Shown here in pieces: positions 1 through 13,798 of a stretch of 64,000 bases of DNA. The notes below the pieces were generated by a model that had not been told where the DNA came from, made no database searches, and saw only the letters and a list, made by a program, of their open reading frames with translations. Position 1 is the stretch's first letter. Every line of letters begins with the position of its first letter. Position numbers and translations under genes: made by a program. The stretch is from positions 37,138,001 to 37,202,000 of the forward strand of contig NC_043004.1 in NCBI RefSeq assembly GCF_006345805.1. Direction: 5' to 3'. Source of the stretch: Octopus sinensis (lineage: Eukaryota).

Positions 1-174
1 ATTACTGACAACTACATATTTTTCGTTCCATATTTACCAATTAACGTAATATATTTTTACATACCTTCTTTTAATCAGCAGAGCAGTGTCAAGCACATGG
101 CTACGTTTCTCCTCTGTTTTCGTGTATGTTTGTATTTATGTGTGTACGTGCGTGTGTATATATGGGCGTATGTA

Positions 175-233
<59 letters not shown>

Positions 234-1158
234 TATTATATATATATATATATATATATGCGTATAGCAGAGCGATACAGCGTGTATTTGTATGTGAAGG
301 TAGAAACAGAATATATACATGTATGTACCCAGTGTGAATGTGTGTGTGTAATATATCACACTCATGCACTCAACTAGGATCCCACTACATTTTATAGAAG
401 AAACGGCTGTAAGCAAATGAAGTTCATAAGATAACTCTTTATTCTTTTGTCATCTCATTTTTCTTCTTATTACCATTCTGTTCTCGACCAACGCTTCCTT
501 CTGATGCGCATGCATATTGAATTCTATGCTAGGTTGTTAGTATCACAATGCCTAAGCGTAAGATATACATGCATGTGTGTGTGTGTGTGTGTGCCACAGA
601 ACCCCCCCCCCCCAACAACAACAACAAAAAAAAAGAAGCATCAATATCTAAACGTCATCTAGACTTAATATGATTATCTATGAAGAAAAACAACCAATCT
701 CAAAGTAAATAATCTCCATAAACCATGAATCCACAAGCACAACTTTACTAGAATGGAGGACAATTCAGAATAACGAGGCTAAGACATAAAAAAAACATTC
801 ACAAGCAAGCATAACGAATATGTATTCTCATTATCAGCTGCCAAACGAATATCAGGATGGTTTCGACACCTGTGCAGGGCCATTCAATCCGGCGGCGTCA
901 ACAGCGTTCGCAACATAAACGCTGCCTTAGAGAATCAACAGTAATCAGCAGAAGCGAAACAATAACAAAGTATGTCCATTGCATCAACATCTGCCAATTG
1001 CCACAAGCAGCAACATCAAAACAAACGATTAAGATTAACTCAGGCTTACAAAATAGTATGTAACCTATAAAACGAAACACTCCCAGAAAGTACATTGTGA
1101 TCCTGAAATTATAATACAAACGAAGAAGGGAACTAAACATTCTAAGGAAAAACTATTC

Positions 1159-1438
1159 AACCACTGATACTCGACACGATAACACTAACACAAGAATCAG
1201 CAAACCAAGGACTTAAAATATATAGACTATACAACGAACATAGACTACTAGACAGTTTCTCAATCTATATCACAAACATGATACCACACCAAAATGAAGC
1301 TTAATAAAAACTAGCGTGGATCTTTTAACCAACGTCCTTGAACAATATATAAAGGAAAAGACAAGCATAGATCAATATCTATAAAATATGTTCAATATTA
1401 TAAAATAAGTCAACCGAATAGATTGCTAATTAAAAGTA
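1159..1438 (+). repeat. Direct repeat copy 1 (~280 bp; partner 2251-2531)
   Basis: aaccactgatactcgacacg...gctaattaaaagta recurs at 2251-2531 with about 4 substitutions and 1 indel. Confidence 0.95.
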
Positions 1439-1979
1439 AAAAAATAATTGTAAAAAGAATAAAAATTTTAAATAAAAATGGAATTAGAATCAAATTAAAT
1501 TAAAAATTATTTATAAGATATATGATCAATAAAGACAAGACAAAAACTACCTAACTAAAACAAGTAACTAATAAAATGTCCCAACTGCAAACAAACTAAA
1601 TAATCCATTATTCATGTAACGGCCTACGCGCTTGTTACCTGAGAATAACTCATGATGAAATATATGAATGAACGAGCGTGGAAGGAAAATTGTAGTCAAC
1701 CTAAGGAAAATTGTAGTCGAATACTAAAGGCAGAGTTAAATGTAAGGTTTCAATGAAACTGAAAAAAATTAAAAACATAAACGTTACTCTGGATTCTCTC
1801 TGTGCTGATCATCAGACAGGAGCGAACTTTTGAAATATTGCAAAGGTTTTTAATTCCTCATTGAGAATCAGAAGGCAAATAAGCATTTAAGGTTTATTGG
1901 GCAGGTGGTTATCAAATTTCAAACTCGAAGGAATCTGCTGAGTGAATCGAGCGAACTTTGACATAAGTAATGTAAATAT

Positions 1980-2990
1980 AATTAAAGGGGAACGAACTGG
2001 CGACGGAAAACAGACAGAATAAGCTCTGCTGCTAGTGAAGATGTCAGGTGGAAACCAAGGTAGACTTAGAGGAATAAAATGAATGAGTATATCTGTTCTG
2101 GACGATGAATGTAGACGAGAGAGTTTTTTCTCAGAAAAGGGAGAGGCGGAGCAGAAAAAGGAGAGTGATTAAGAAAGGTGTGGAGACGAGAAAGGTTCTA
2201 GATCATTGAAATATTGATTTCAAATTTTGGCACCAGGCCAGTAATTTTAAAACCACCGATACTCGACACGATAACACTAACCCAAGAATCAGCAAACCAA
2301 GGACTTAAAATATATAGACTATACACCGAACATAGACTACTAGACAGTTTCTCAATCTATGTCACAAACATGATACCACACCAAAATGAAGCTTAATAAA
2401 AACTAGCGTGGATCTTTTAACCAACGTCCTTGAACAATATATAAAGGAAAAGACAAGCATAGATCAATATCTATAAAATATGTTCAATATCTATAAAATA
2501 AGTCAACCGAATAGATTGCTAATTAAAAGTATATTTATGCATGAAAAAGAGGGGTAGTGTGGAAACTGTGATCAATGTAGCTACCCTATAATTCTGGAGT
2601 GGGACCAGTGTAGTGGAAAAAGATGTGACCGACAAATAGGTTTATGTAGGCGGGAACCATTCTGAAAATGGAAACTGTTTGACCTGGTGACGGCAGGCCA
2701 TGACGTACACGTCAACAGTGTGAGGGCTAAGCAGGTTAGAGTTTGACATCCAGTGAGATGGTCGATGTCCTGCATCCATGAAGAAAGACAGGTTGTTAGG
2801 TGCGGAGAAGGGCCTTATGAAAAGGCATCAGTACAGGTTCCACGCCCATTGCGAGAGGGGATTGGTGGTATTAAGCGCACAGCCCTACAAAGAATGGAGG
2901 GATCGAATTCGGACAGACGTAATTCAATGGGTGGGGGTGAAAACAGCGAAGGGACGGAGTTTGCTTGGAGGCAAAAAGTGTGTAGGACAA
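1980..2990 (-). pseudogene. Degenerate Penelope-like retroelement RT remnant, split by an insertion at ~2215-2560
   Basis: Manual - strand translation gives QTLTCLALTLLT, MVPAYINLFVGHIFFHYTGPTPEL*GSYIDH (compare Penelope MGPSYANLFVG..YxGPxPELYGRYIDD) and further downstream LPFL; many stops and frameshifts. Confidence 0.6.
2251..2531 (+). repeat. Direct repeat copy 2, interrupting a Penelope-like RT remnant
   Basis: About 98% identical to 1159-1438; Penelope-like coding remnants lie on both sides on the - strand. Confidence 0.9.
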
Positions 2991-3005
2991 AGTTCTTTCT
3001 GTAAT

Positions 3006-3165
3006 GAGTTCAAACTCCGCCGAGGTCGACTTTGCCTTTCATCCTTTCGGGGTCGATAAATTAAGTACCAGTTACGCACTGGGGTCGATATAATCGACTT
3101 AATCCGTTTGTCTGTCCTTGTTTGTCCCCTTTGTGTCTAACCCCTTGTGTGTAGTAAAGAAATAG
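3006..3165 (+). mobile_element. 5'-truncated tRNA-derived SINE (second family)
   Basis: B-box GAGTTCAAACTCC followed by gccgaggtcgactttgcctttcatcctttcggggtcgat; a related degenerate copy lies on the - strand at ~52760-52890. Confidence 0.75.
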
Positions 3166-3275
3166 GTAGGTGTTGGAAAGCGTTGGAATATGTAAATATA
3201 CAGAATAAGTGCGTGCGTGTGCGTGTGTGTGTGTGCGTGTGTGCGTGTGTGCGTGTGTGTGTGTGTGCGTGCGTG

Positions 3276-3308
<33 letters not shown>

Positions 3309-3320
3309 TTGTGTGTGTGC

Positions 3321-3652
3321 TTGAGCTCACGCGAAAGAATACAGGCAGCCTCTGTGCGTTGCTTTTGTCATCCTCGAAAGGCTTTCGATGGCGTTAAAAT
3401 GAACGTAGTGCTCAAATCTCTGGAAATTCCAGGTGTCGAGGCGCAACACACCGAGCTGCTCAGGGAGGCGAATTCTGGTTTCACCATAAATATAGCTCTG
3501 CTATCGACACCATAGTAAGCGCTTCACTTGGGAAGTGTCAAACAAGGAGACACCATTTCTCCAAAGCTCTTCACTGCTTCTCCAGAAATAGTCATCAGAG
3601 AGTGGTGGCGAACTACATCAACTAACGGCTCAAAAAGCCCTCTCATTCTTGC
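3321..3652 (+). pseudogene. RTE-clade LINE RT fragment, copy 1
   Basis: [11 protein letters not shown] / [16 protein letters not shown] / VKQGDTISPKLFTA motifs (RT domains 3-4) with frameshift and stop. Confidence 0.85.
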
Positions 3653-3689
<37 letters not shown>

Positions 3690-3767
3690 GTGTGTGTGTG
3701 TGTGTGTTGTGTGTGTGTGTGTGTGGTGTGTGTGTGTTTGTGTGTGTGTGTGTGTTTGTGTGTGTGC

Positions 3768-4099
3768 TTGAGCTCACGCGAAAGAATACAGGCAGCGTCT
3801 GTGCGTTGCTTTTGTCATCCTCGAAAGGCTTTCGATGGCGTTAAAATGAACGTAGTGCTCAAATCTCTGGAAATTCCAGGTGTCGAGGCGCAACACACCG
3901 AGCTGCTCAGGGAGGCGAATTCTGGTTTCACCATAAATATAGCTCTGCTATCGACACCATAGTAAGCGCTTCACTTGGGAAGTGTCAAACAAGGAGACAC
4001 CATTTCTCCAAAGCTCTTCACTGCTTCTCCAGAAATAGTCATCAGAGAGTGGTGGCGAACTACATCAACTAACGGCTCAAAAAGCCCTCTCATTCTTGC
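3768..4099 (+). pseudogene. RTE-clade LINE RT fragment, copy 2 (447-bp tandem duplicate)
   Basis: Matches 3321-3652 except one substitution (gcagcc/gcagcg). Confidence 0.85.
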
Positions 4100-4138
<39 letters not shown>

Positions 4139-7100
4139 CGTGCGTGTGTGTGTGTGTGGTGTGTGTGTGTGTGGTGTGTGTGTGTGTGTGTAAGTATGTA
4201 TGTATGTATGTATGTGTATATATATATATATATATATAGATATATATATATACATACACACACACACACACACACATATGTATATATACACATCCGTTCC
4301 TAAAAATGGACAATGGTGGATACATGGTGCTAAAAAAAAGGAACGGGGGAGAAGATGAGATGGAGTTAGAGGACGAGTGTAAAAGTTGTCTGGATTAAAA
4401 CACGACAATACGAATATAACGTAACTCACAACAATGTCTTGTAAATGTGTTGCTCAGGTTATAACTCGCTCACTTAATTTGTATCTATCAACGGAAGGGA
4501 AGGATTTCAGTTTAATTGTCTCATATTTGGCGACACTTATGTTTTTTTGTGTTTTTTTTCATTAGACAAACATGTTTTTCAAATATTTTCATCTTTCCTT
4601 ACACACCAACTGCCGAATCTTCTTCACCAGATGACTTGATTATTTTGCTCTGGGTATTGATAGATACCTAAGCAGTGAGATTAAAAATGACATCTTTTAA
4701 TTGATAGACTTGATATCTTCTTTCCATATTGTAAGCTCACAATTATGTTAAAGAGAAGCTACAGTATGTTCTCAATTTAATATAAAGTTAATTAAAACTT
4801 TACAGAAAGAGCGGAAGAAAGAAAAAAAAATATACGTATTGAGAAAGAGCGCCGTGGAAAGCGGTTGGAAAAGATAGTTGTAATAAGAATAAGAGATAAA
4901 GAGAGGGTATAAAGAAAAGGAGAGACAGTGATGAGAAAGAAGAATTATGTTACATTGCCACAAGAACCAAAATATGTGTGTTGCAGAGTGGAAACTGTTA
5001 CAGGGCAACTGGTATTGTTCATTCAATCTTATTACAGCAGTGAACGAAGTATTTATGCTTTAAGTTCAGTTGGTGAAGAAGCAAGTGGAATATATTCAGT
5101 ATGGCATCGTTTCGCTAGAATATTGGAACTCTAAATGATTTTCATTGTTATATGATCAGCAAGAATTAGCCAAAAGGAGTTAAGATCATTAGTGATTATG
5201 TGAGAGTACATTTCCTTATAATATAAACAACTTCCGAATTGAAAATAATATAAAAAAATGGAAACCTTTTGTGTTAGTAAAAGATAAATCAAACAAAGAG
5301 ATAAAGAAATAAAATAAAGAATGGAATATCGGTAATGGAATCTAAATTGAAATAATAATGTACGGATACTAGGAAAAAAATGGCTCACTGTGAACATCAG
5401 GTTGATGCTTGGGGCAGTGTGAATTGAGTATTGTTTTGTAAAAGCCCTCATTCATCGAATCTCTATATCATTAGTTAGTTTAACTTGAAAACAATGGCCA
5501 GAAACGAGAATAACGAACGGCTGGGTCATATAACCTTCACAGAGCTTGCAATTGATATAGTGGATTGTTTCTATTTTCTTTTTCTGGTGCATGGTAAGTA
5601 GGAGGGCGTTTTCAACAAGATTATGACCCAAAAGTATAAATGGTAATAAACACTGAAATATTCTCCTATTTATAAACTCTTTCTCTTTCTCAATTACTTT
5701 GTGCTATAGCATGTTTTATAGTGCAAACAATTCTGCCACCACCTGACTGACATTTAATATTGTAATTTATATAACATAAAAATGAACTCCTGCGTCATGT
5801 TCTTTGTGTTTAATTTTACATATTTTATGTTGTGTGCTTTTTTAACATTGCTATCAAAAGACCAACATTTAAACGTTAAGCCATCTAATTGAACATGTAA
5901 ATTTTTTCAGTTAATTATCTAACTAGTTTCGTTTGAGTCATATTTTAATCTTTGCTCCCTGAACAGTGTTTCAGCAATGATTAATAGTATGTGTTTACTG
6001 GATCAAGGAACAAGCTAAATATATTTATTTCCATTATCTAGTGCCATTGGATTGAATTTGCACCAAACTGTACACTCAGCAACGCCACCCAGCGGACTAA
6101 TGCAGTGTCACTAATCCGTATTCGTTCTTTCTAATTACAGTAAAATATCTCCTGTATTGCTCTTTGTATCCAGTGTAACAGACAATAAATTTTCTCTGGT
6201 ATTGCATTGAAGCCTTTGTTCAGCCGTCAAGCTTGCCCCAATATGCAAAGGATTTGTGTCTAACACAGTCTTGTCGATATTTTCATAAGCAGCTCAATGC
6301 TACTGTTGCGCAGCAGCTTGGGAATGGAAGGTAAACATAATGTCAAGAGCTCTAAAGAAAGCTTAGGCTATCAGTTCAAGCCTCATTCCAACCATGGCCA
6401 AACCGCGAATGGCATGAAGGGGTTATGGGACACTACCTTCAAGAATTTTAAATCGAATGAATCGATCTCAGTACTCATTTTTTCATTTTCTTTAAGCCTG
6501 GTACGTATTCTATCAGTCTCTTTGCCGAACCACTAAGTTACGGGAAGGAATTTGTTTGAAATGTTTCAAGATCTAGTTCTGTGTGATTTAGACGTGAAAT
6601 CTGCTCCGTATATAATTGAGTCAGCATTTTATGAGTTTGAAACAACATACTTTTTTTTAATTCTCTCTGTTACTTTGTTTTCATGAATGTTGTACAAAAT
6701 AAAACATAGTTTTAAAATTATTTCTGAAAATTTATTGTCATGATGGTCGGTAGGCAAACATTTCTTAAAAAAAAAAAAAAAAAAGAAATGTTTAGCTATG
6801 GTAGATATAACATTTAACAAGAAGAGGCTTGTAAACTAGACAAATTTCCGACATATTTTCATGTTATGGAGTGATAGGGATGTATGAATGTATCGAATAT
6901 TATTTTTAAGCTCAATAGATGCTAGCGCGTTAATAGTACCTGGTGTTTTTTTTTTCTTGCTGCTCATCTAAGCTTGCCACGGAAAGATAAGTAGCTAAGA
7001 TAATTTAATAAATATTCCACTCTCTTATACAAACTGAGTACTCTTTATTAACGCCTGACGTTTTAATCCATAAATTTGGAGCTTAAATTTCCCACCAAAA

Positions 7101-7371
7101 CAAGCAGCATGGTCGTGCAATTTGCGTGATATAGCAACCAAATAATTACTCCCTATCAGTTTAGTAAATAAAATATTGTATAACGTGTTATGGGGTGCAT
7201 TTTCTATGGAAAAAAAGCATTGAATTGTCACAGCTGGAAAATCTTTGATCATACGTATGATTAATCAGGATATATCTTGGGTCAAATACTGACAACTCGA
7301 GCGACAATAATATTACTGGCTCCTTTATATTTTGGATGGTCATAGAAATCTTTGTTGAAATGTAGAGCAAA

Positions 7372-7404
7372 ATCGGTTGTCAAGCGATGGTGGGGTGACA
7401 AGCA

Positions 7405-7469
<65 letters not shown>

Positions 7470-7630
7470 ACATACGACGGGCTTCTTTCAGTTTCCGTCC
7501 ACCAAATCCACTCACAAGGCTTTGATCGGCCCGAGGCTATAGTGGAATACACTTGCCCAAGGTACCACGCAGTGGGACTGAACTCCGAACCTTGTGGTTT
7601 GGAAGCCAGTTTCTCACCACACATCCATGC
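7372..7630 (-). mobile_element. tRNA/CORE-type SINE, partial, with internal (AC)n(AT)n
   Basis: Homologous to full copies at 10911-11411 and 41599-42010 (cttgcccaagg CORE motif, tRNA-like head). Confidence 0.85.
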
Positions 7631-8103
7631 TGGGTGTTAGAATGACTGGTTATTCCTGGTTAGCTTGCAGGTTATTTCTCTCTTTAACAATGCAAGAATG
7701 ATAAATAGGCTAAATTTGTCAAATCGATAGAATTGGGAATAATTCTGCAGTTATTTTTGACTGGTAGAAAGACCTGATTGCGTAAAATATATTCTGAGAA
7801 TATGAAGACAAAAGGCGATGAAAACAAAAAAGGAAAGAGTAAAACATTGAGAAGAGGAGTAAATGTTGTCGTCGAAAAAAAAAGAAAAAAAAACTAGGAA
7901 CTGAATTTTTTTTTTTTTTTACACTGATAGCAATGTGTTGGATTGAAAACAAAGGGCTACACAAATTACAAACCGGTTTCTTTTTATTTCAGAGAGAACG
8001 CAGCTGCAAAATTGAGAAATTATAATAATGAAATGACTGAAAATTAAAGAAATGAGGAAGAAAACAATGCAGCCTCAATAATTGTAAATACTAATACTGA
8101 CAA

Positions 8104-8149
8104 TAGCAGCAGCAGCAGTGGCAGCAGTGGCATTAGTAGTAGTAGTAGT

Positions 8150-8186
<37 letters not shown>

Positions 8187-8243
8187 GGTGCTGGTGCTGG
8201 TGGTGCTGGTGGTGCTGGTGGTGCTGGTGGTGGCGGCGGCGGC

Positions 8244-8318
<75 letters not shown>

Positions 8319-8331
8319 TATAGTGGTAGTA
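8104..8331. repeat. Compound trinucleotide microsatellite (AGC/AGT/GGT/GGC)
   Basis: Successive in-phase triplet blocks. Confidence 0.95.
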
Positions 8332-8530
8332 GTTATTTCTTTTAATAATAACGGTTTCGTTTTTTCAGTATTCAGGCAAGAAAAACGTTGGAATCAAAAA
8401 CCTCGATAAACATCGAACCACAGGAATCATAAAATATTCTATGGAAAGCGAACACAGACGCGTCCATGCGCGTGCACATGCACGCAGCGTATTAAAGACA
8501 CACGCAACTACGAACATATCATCTTTTTAT

Positions 8531-8850
8531 TCTTTTACTTCTTTCAGTCATTTGACTTCGGCCATAATGGAGCACCGCTAAGTTACGGGGATGTAAACAC
8601 ACCAACATCGGTTGTCAAGCGATGATGGTGGGGGTGGGGTGGGGAGGATAAACACAGTCACAAAGACACACACACACACACCTATATATATATTCGACGA
8701 GATTCTTTTAGTTTCCGTCTACCAAATACACTCAGAAGGCTTTGGTCGATCCGAAGCTATAGTAGAAGATACTTGCCCAAGGTGCCACGCAGTGGGATTG
8801 AACCGGGAACCGTGTGGTTGGGAAGCAAGCTTCTTACTACATAGCTACGC
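8531..8850 (-). mobile_element. tRNA/CORE-type SINE with internal deletion
   Basis: The tail (ggagcaccgc) is joined directly to taagttacgggg; head homologous to other copies. Confidence 0.85.
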
Positions 8851-9301
8851 ATACATAAAACATATTGTGCATTCATACTTACGCGCGCGCACACACGCAC
8901 GCACGCACACACACACACACACACACACGTTAGTTGATGCAGTTCGCCACCACTCTCTGATGACCATTTCTGGACAAGCACATACATACATATATATATA
9001 TATACACATACACACATATATGTATATATGTACATATGTATATATGTATATATATACATATACATACACACACACACATATATATATATATATAAACACA
9101 GAGAAATCGAAGGAAAGGACAGTGGAAGGAAAATGAATGAAGGTGCAAAAATATTATTCTGGGTTGCATGTGCAACTACATGTAGTCTATTCTTCAGAAA
9201 CACGTGTTGTTCATTGTAACCAAATAAATATGTTTTATGGCGAACTAAAATTAATATGAAATAGAATTTGATGATGTACCTCATTGTATTCTTTATAATT
9301 G

Positions 9302-9344
<43 letters not shown>

Positions 9345-9469
9345 GCAATAAAGATTCAAGTTAATTTAATGAATTAACTTGAATATGGTACCTAACTTAG
9401 ATGCACCAAAAGAAAACTATACTGTTTTACAATACAGTAATGTGGGGTGATTATAAGCGAGAAAGAAGC

Positions 9470-9636
<167 letters not shown>

Positions 9637-9919
9637 TGTGTGTGTGTGTGTTGTGTATATATAATATATATATATATATACAGATAAGAGGTAAAAATCT
9701 ATCAGAAAGGAACTCTAATCTTTTGATAAGCATAACAAATGCGCAACCGGTAAAAAGAACTTTCACCTAATTAAATTACTTAAATTACTTAAATTATTTT
9801 GTCAGCATTTTCTTCATTTCTTTTTATATATATATGTATATCAAAATAAACACATGATGCAAAGGATTTAGCGGTACATATGTTTCGGGCCTTTATTAGA
9901 CGGTTTATAACAATGCATT

Positions 9920-10670
9920 TATGTGCATGTGAGTATGTCCATGCGTGTGAAGGTTGCGGTGGGCGTATATACACGTTTGTATAGGTGTGTACGCAGGTAC
10001 GTATATGAATTCGTTTTATATGTGTGTGTGTGTGTGTACGTATACTTATACGTGTGTAGGTATGTGCGCTTGTTCGCGTGTGCGTGTGTAGTTATATGTG
10101 TATGCGTATGTATACTCGTATGCGCACTTCTAATTCCTCCTTGTCCGAGTGCATGGAGGTGCGCATGCACGGACGTAGGCATGCGAATAGCTATACCTGT
10201 TTCTGTGCATATGCATATATGCATATTTTTTGTGTATATGCATAGGGATTTACTTCCTCATGTGTGTGAGTGTGTGTGTGAGTGTGTGTGTATGTGCGTA
10301 TGTACGTGTATGTGTATACGTACGTATGCGCGTCAGTTCTTGTACCCAACTACATGCGCTTTCTTCCGTATGTGTATGTATGTGTATATTGAGATATTTG
10401 TGTATGTGCGCATATACGTATATAAGTGTGTAGATGTGCGGGCTTAATATATGTACGTGTGAGTATGTATTTGTATGTATACGAGTGCGTCTGCAGAGGC
10501 GTGTTAATGTATATGCTTTTATGTATTTAATTTGTGCGGGTTTAGGTATCTGTACGTAACGGGACTTATGTATATGCGTATCTCTGTCGGTATTTTTGCA
10601 CGAGAGTACGTATGTATATATACGTGTGGATGTGTATATGTATGCATGCGTGTAGGTATGTACATGTTGA
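9920..10670. repeat. Degenerate GT/AT low-complexity tract
   Basis: Alternating purine-pyrimidine sequence; source of spurious V/C/Y/M ORFs. Confidence 0.85.
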
Positions 10671-10910
10671 CCGTTAGTAACACAGACAATTTACGAGAAA
10701 GTAGATGAACTGTTTAGCCACAAACCAGACAACCTACATTGACCATCCACTTGGTCTCCAGACAATTAAGTTAATTTATGACACCCGCAATTACAACCTT
10801 AGGCTTCAACAACCGAATATGTCCTTTTTCTGTACCTTACGTTATCTTCTGGCCACCCTTTTAGTTCTTCACCCCTTTATATTTCTTCATCCCTTTATAT
10901 TTCTTTATCC

Positions 10911-11146
10911 TTTACTTACTTTTACTTTTACTTTTACTTGTTTCAGTCATTTGACTGCAGCCATGCTGGAGCACCGCCTTTAGTCGAGCAAATCGACCCC
11001 GGAACTTATTCTTTGTAAGCCCAGTATTTATTCTATCGGTCTCTTTTTGCCGAACCGCTAAGTGACGGGGACGTAAACACACCAGCATCGGTTGTCAAGC
11101 AATGCTAGAGGGACAAACACAGACACACAAACACACACACATACAT

Positions 11147-11243
<97 letters not shown>

Positions 11244-11411
11244 CACACGACAGACTTCTTTCAGTTTCCGTCTAACAAATCCACTCACAAGGCTTTGGTC
11301 GGCCCGAGGCTATAGTAGAAGACATTTGCCCAAGATGCCACGCAGTGGGACTGAACCCGGAACCATGTAGTTCATAAGCAAGCTACTTACCACACAGCCA
11401 CTCCTGCGCCT
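10911..11411 (-). mobile_element. Full-length tRNA/CORE-type SINE (Octopus OR-like) with expanded internal (AT)n
   Basis: Element strand: AGGCGCAGGAGTGGCTGTGTGG (A box), GGTTCAGTCC (B box), CTTGGGCAA CORE motif, internal microsatellite, GGCGGTGCTCCAGCATGG tail, (AAGTA)n end. Confidence 0.95.
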
Positions 11412-11565
11412 ATATATATTTTTTTTTATTTTCTTATCCTTATTTCTTTCGTCTTTATTTTTCGCTTCTTTATCTTTATCTCTACTTATTTATATTCCCA
11501 TGTTTTTTTCACGTCTGTGTGTATTTATATATTTATATACTTAGATACTTTTTTTATATTCTTAT

Positions 11566-11643
<78 letters not shown>

Positions 11644-11839
11644 GCACGGACTTTGTCAGTGAACAGGTCGCGGATTTTCGCGACGAAAATATTTTGACAA
11701 ATTAAACTTAAATGTTGAAGTGAATCGAACGGCTTTTGTGTGTTTCTTAAATGGCTTATAAACACCTTCCACGCTGCAATTGTTTTCGTTTCAGCACACG
11801 ATCTCAGATCAAATTACTTGCTATGCGAGTACATCTCCG

Positions 11840-11887
<48 letters not shown>

Positions 11888-12160
11888 TTTTACTCCTTTG
11901 TAATTTTTCAGTCTTTTACTACCTTTTGCACCCACTACCCTCCCTCTTTGTGATCCCTAACTCACTAAAGATTCACCCCCCCTCCAGCTCCTTCCCTCTC
12001 TATCTCAACATCCAACTTCCTCATTCTACATCGAGTGAAAAACGGGATGGACGCTTTGATTTTGTTTTGGTGCCTCGCTCTGTCGTACGCGACTATGAGG
12101 ATTTGCATCCCCAACGTAAAACTTATAATGTAATACATGTCCTTGAAGTAGTAATTGTAC

Positions 12161-12247
12161 GCGGCTGAAGAAGGCTATAGACACACATTTACATCAATTA
12201 TGCATTGTTATAAACCGTCTAATAAAGGCCCGAAACATATGTACCGC
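12161..12247 (+). ncRNA. Minimal (Penelope-type) type-I hammerhead ribozyme candidate with long stem/loop II
   Basis: GCGG-CTGAAGA-[A GGC..TAGAC...GTCTA..GCC C]-GAAAC-ATAT-GTA-CCGC: stem I GCGG/CCGC, intact core, palindromic CATATG loop III, GUA cleavage triplet. Confidence 0.6.
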
Positions 12248-12414
12248 TAAATCCTTTGCATCATGTTTTTATTTTGATAAATATACTCTACCACCTACAC
12301 CACTAAATGTCATATACAGGTGCTTACAATTATCAAGTATTCACCCTCAATTTATATATATATATAATTTTTTTTATTTTTTTATTTATTTATCTATATA
12401 TAATGGTCATTATA

Positions 12415-13798
<1,384 letters not shown>

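Noticed and set aside
1159-2531. LTR retrotransposon/TRIM interpretation of the direct repeats
   Set aside because: No TG..CA termini, PBS, PPT or TSD
5494-5599. ATG in good context opening to a GTAAGT donor (possible first exon)
   Set aside because: 33 codons with no homology I recognise; such sites are expected by chance
8118-8409. Gly/Ser-rich and Val/Ala-rich ORFs
   Set aside because: Compound triplet microsatellite open in several frames, with no unique coding context
11330-11411. SINE heads as true tRNA genes
   Set aside because: A/B boxes are present but I see no complete cloverleaf, and the heads are fused to CORE and body sequence
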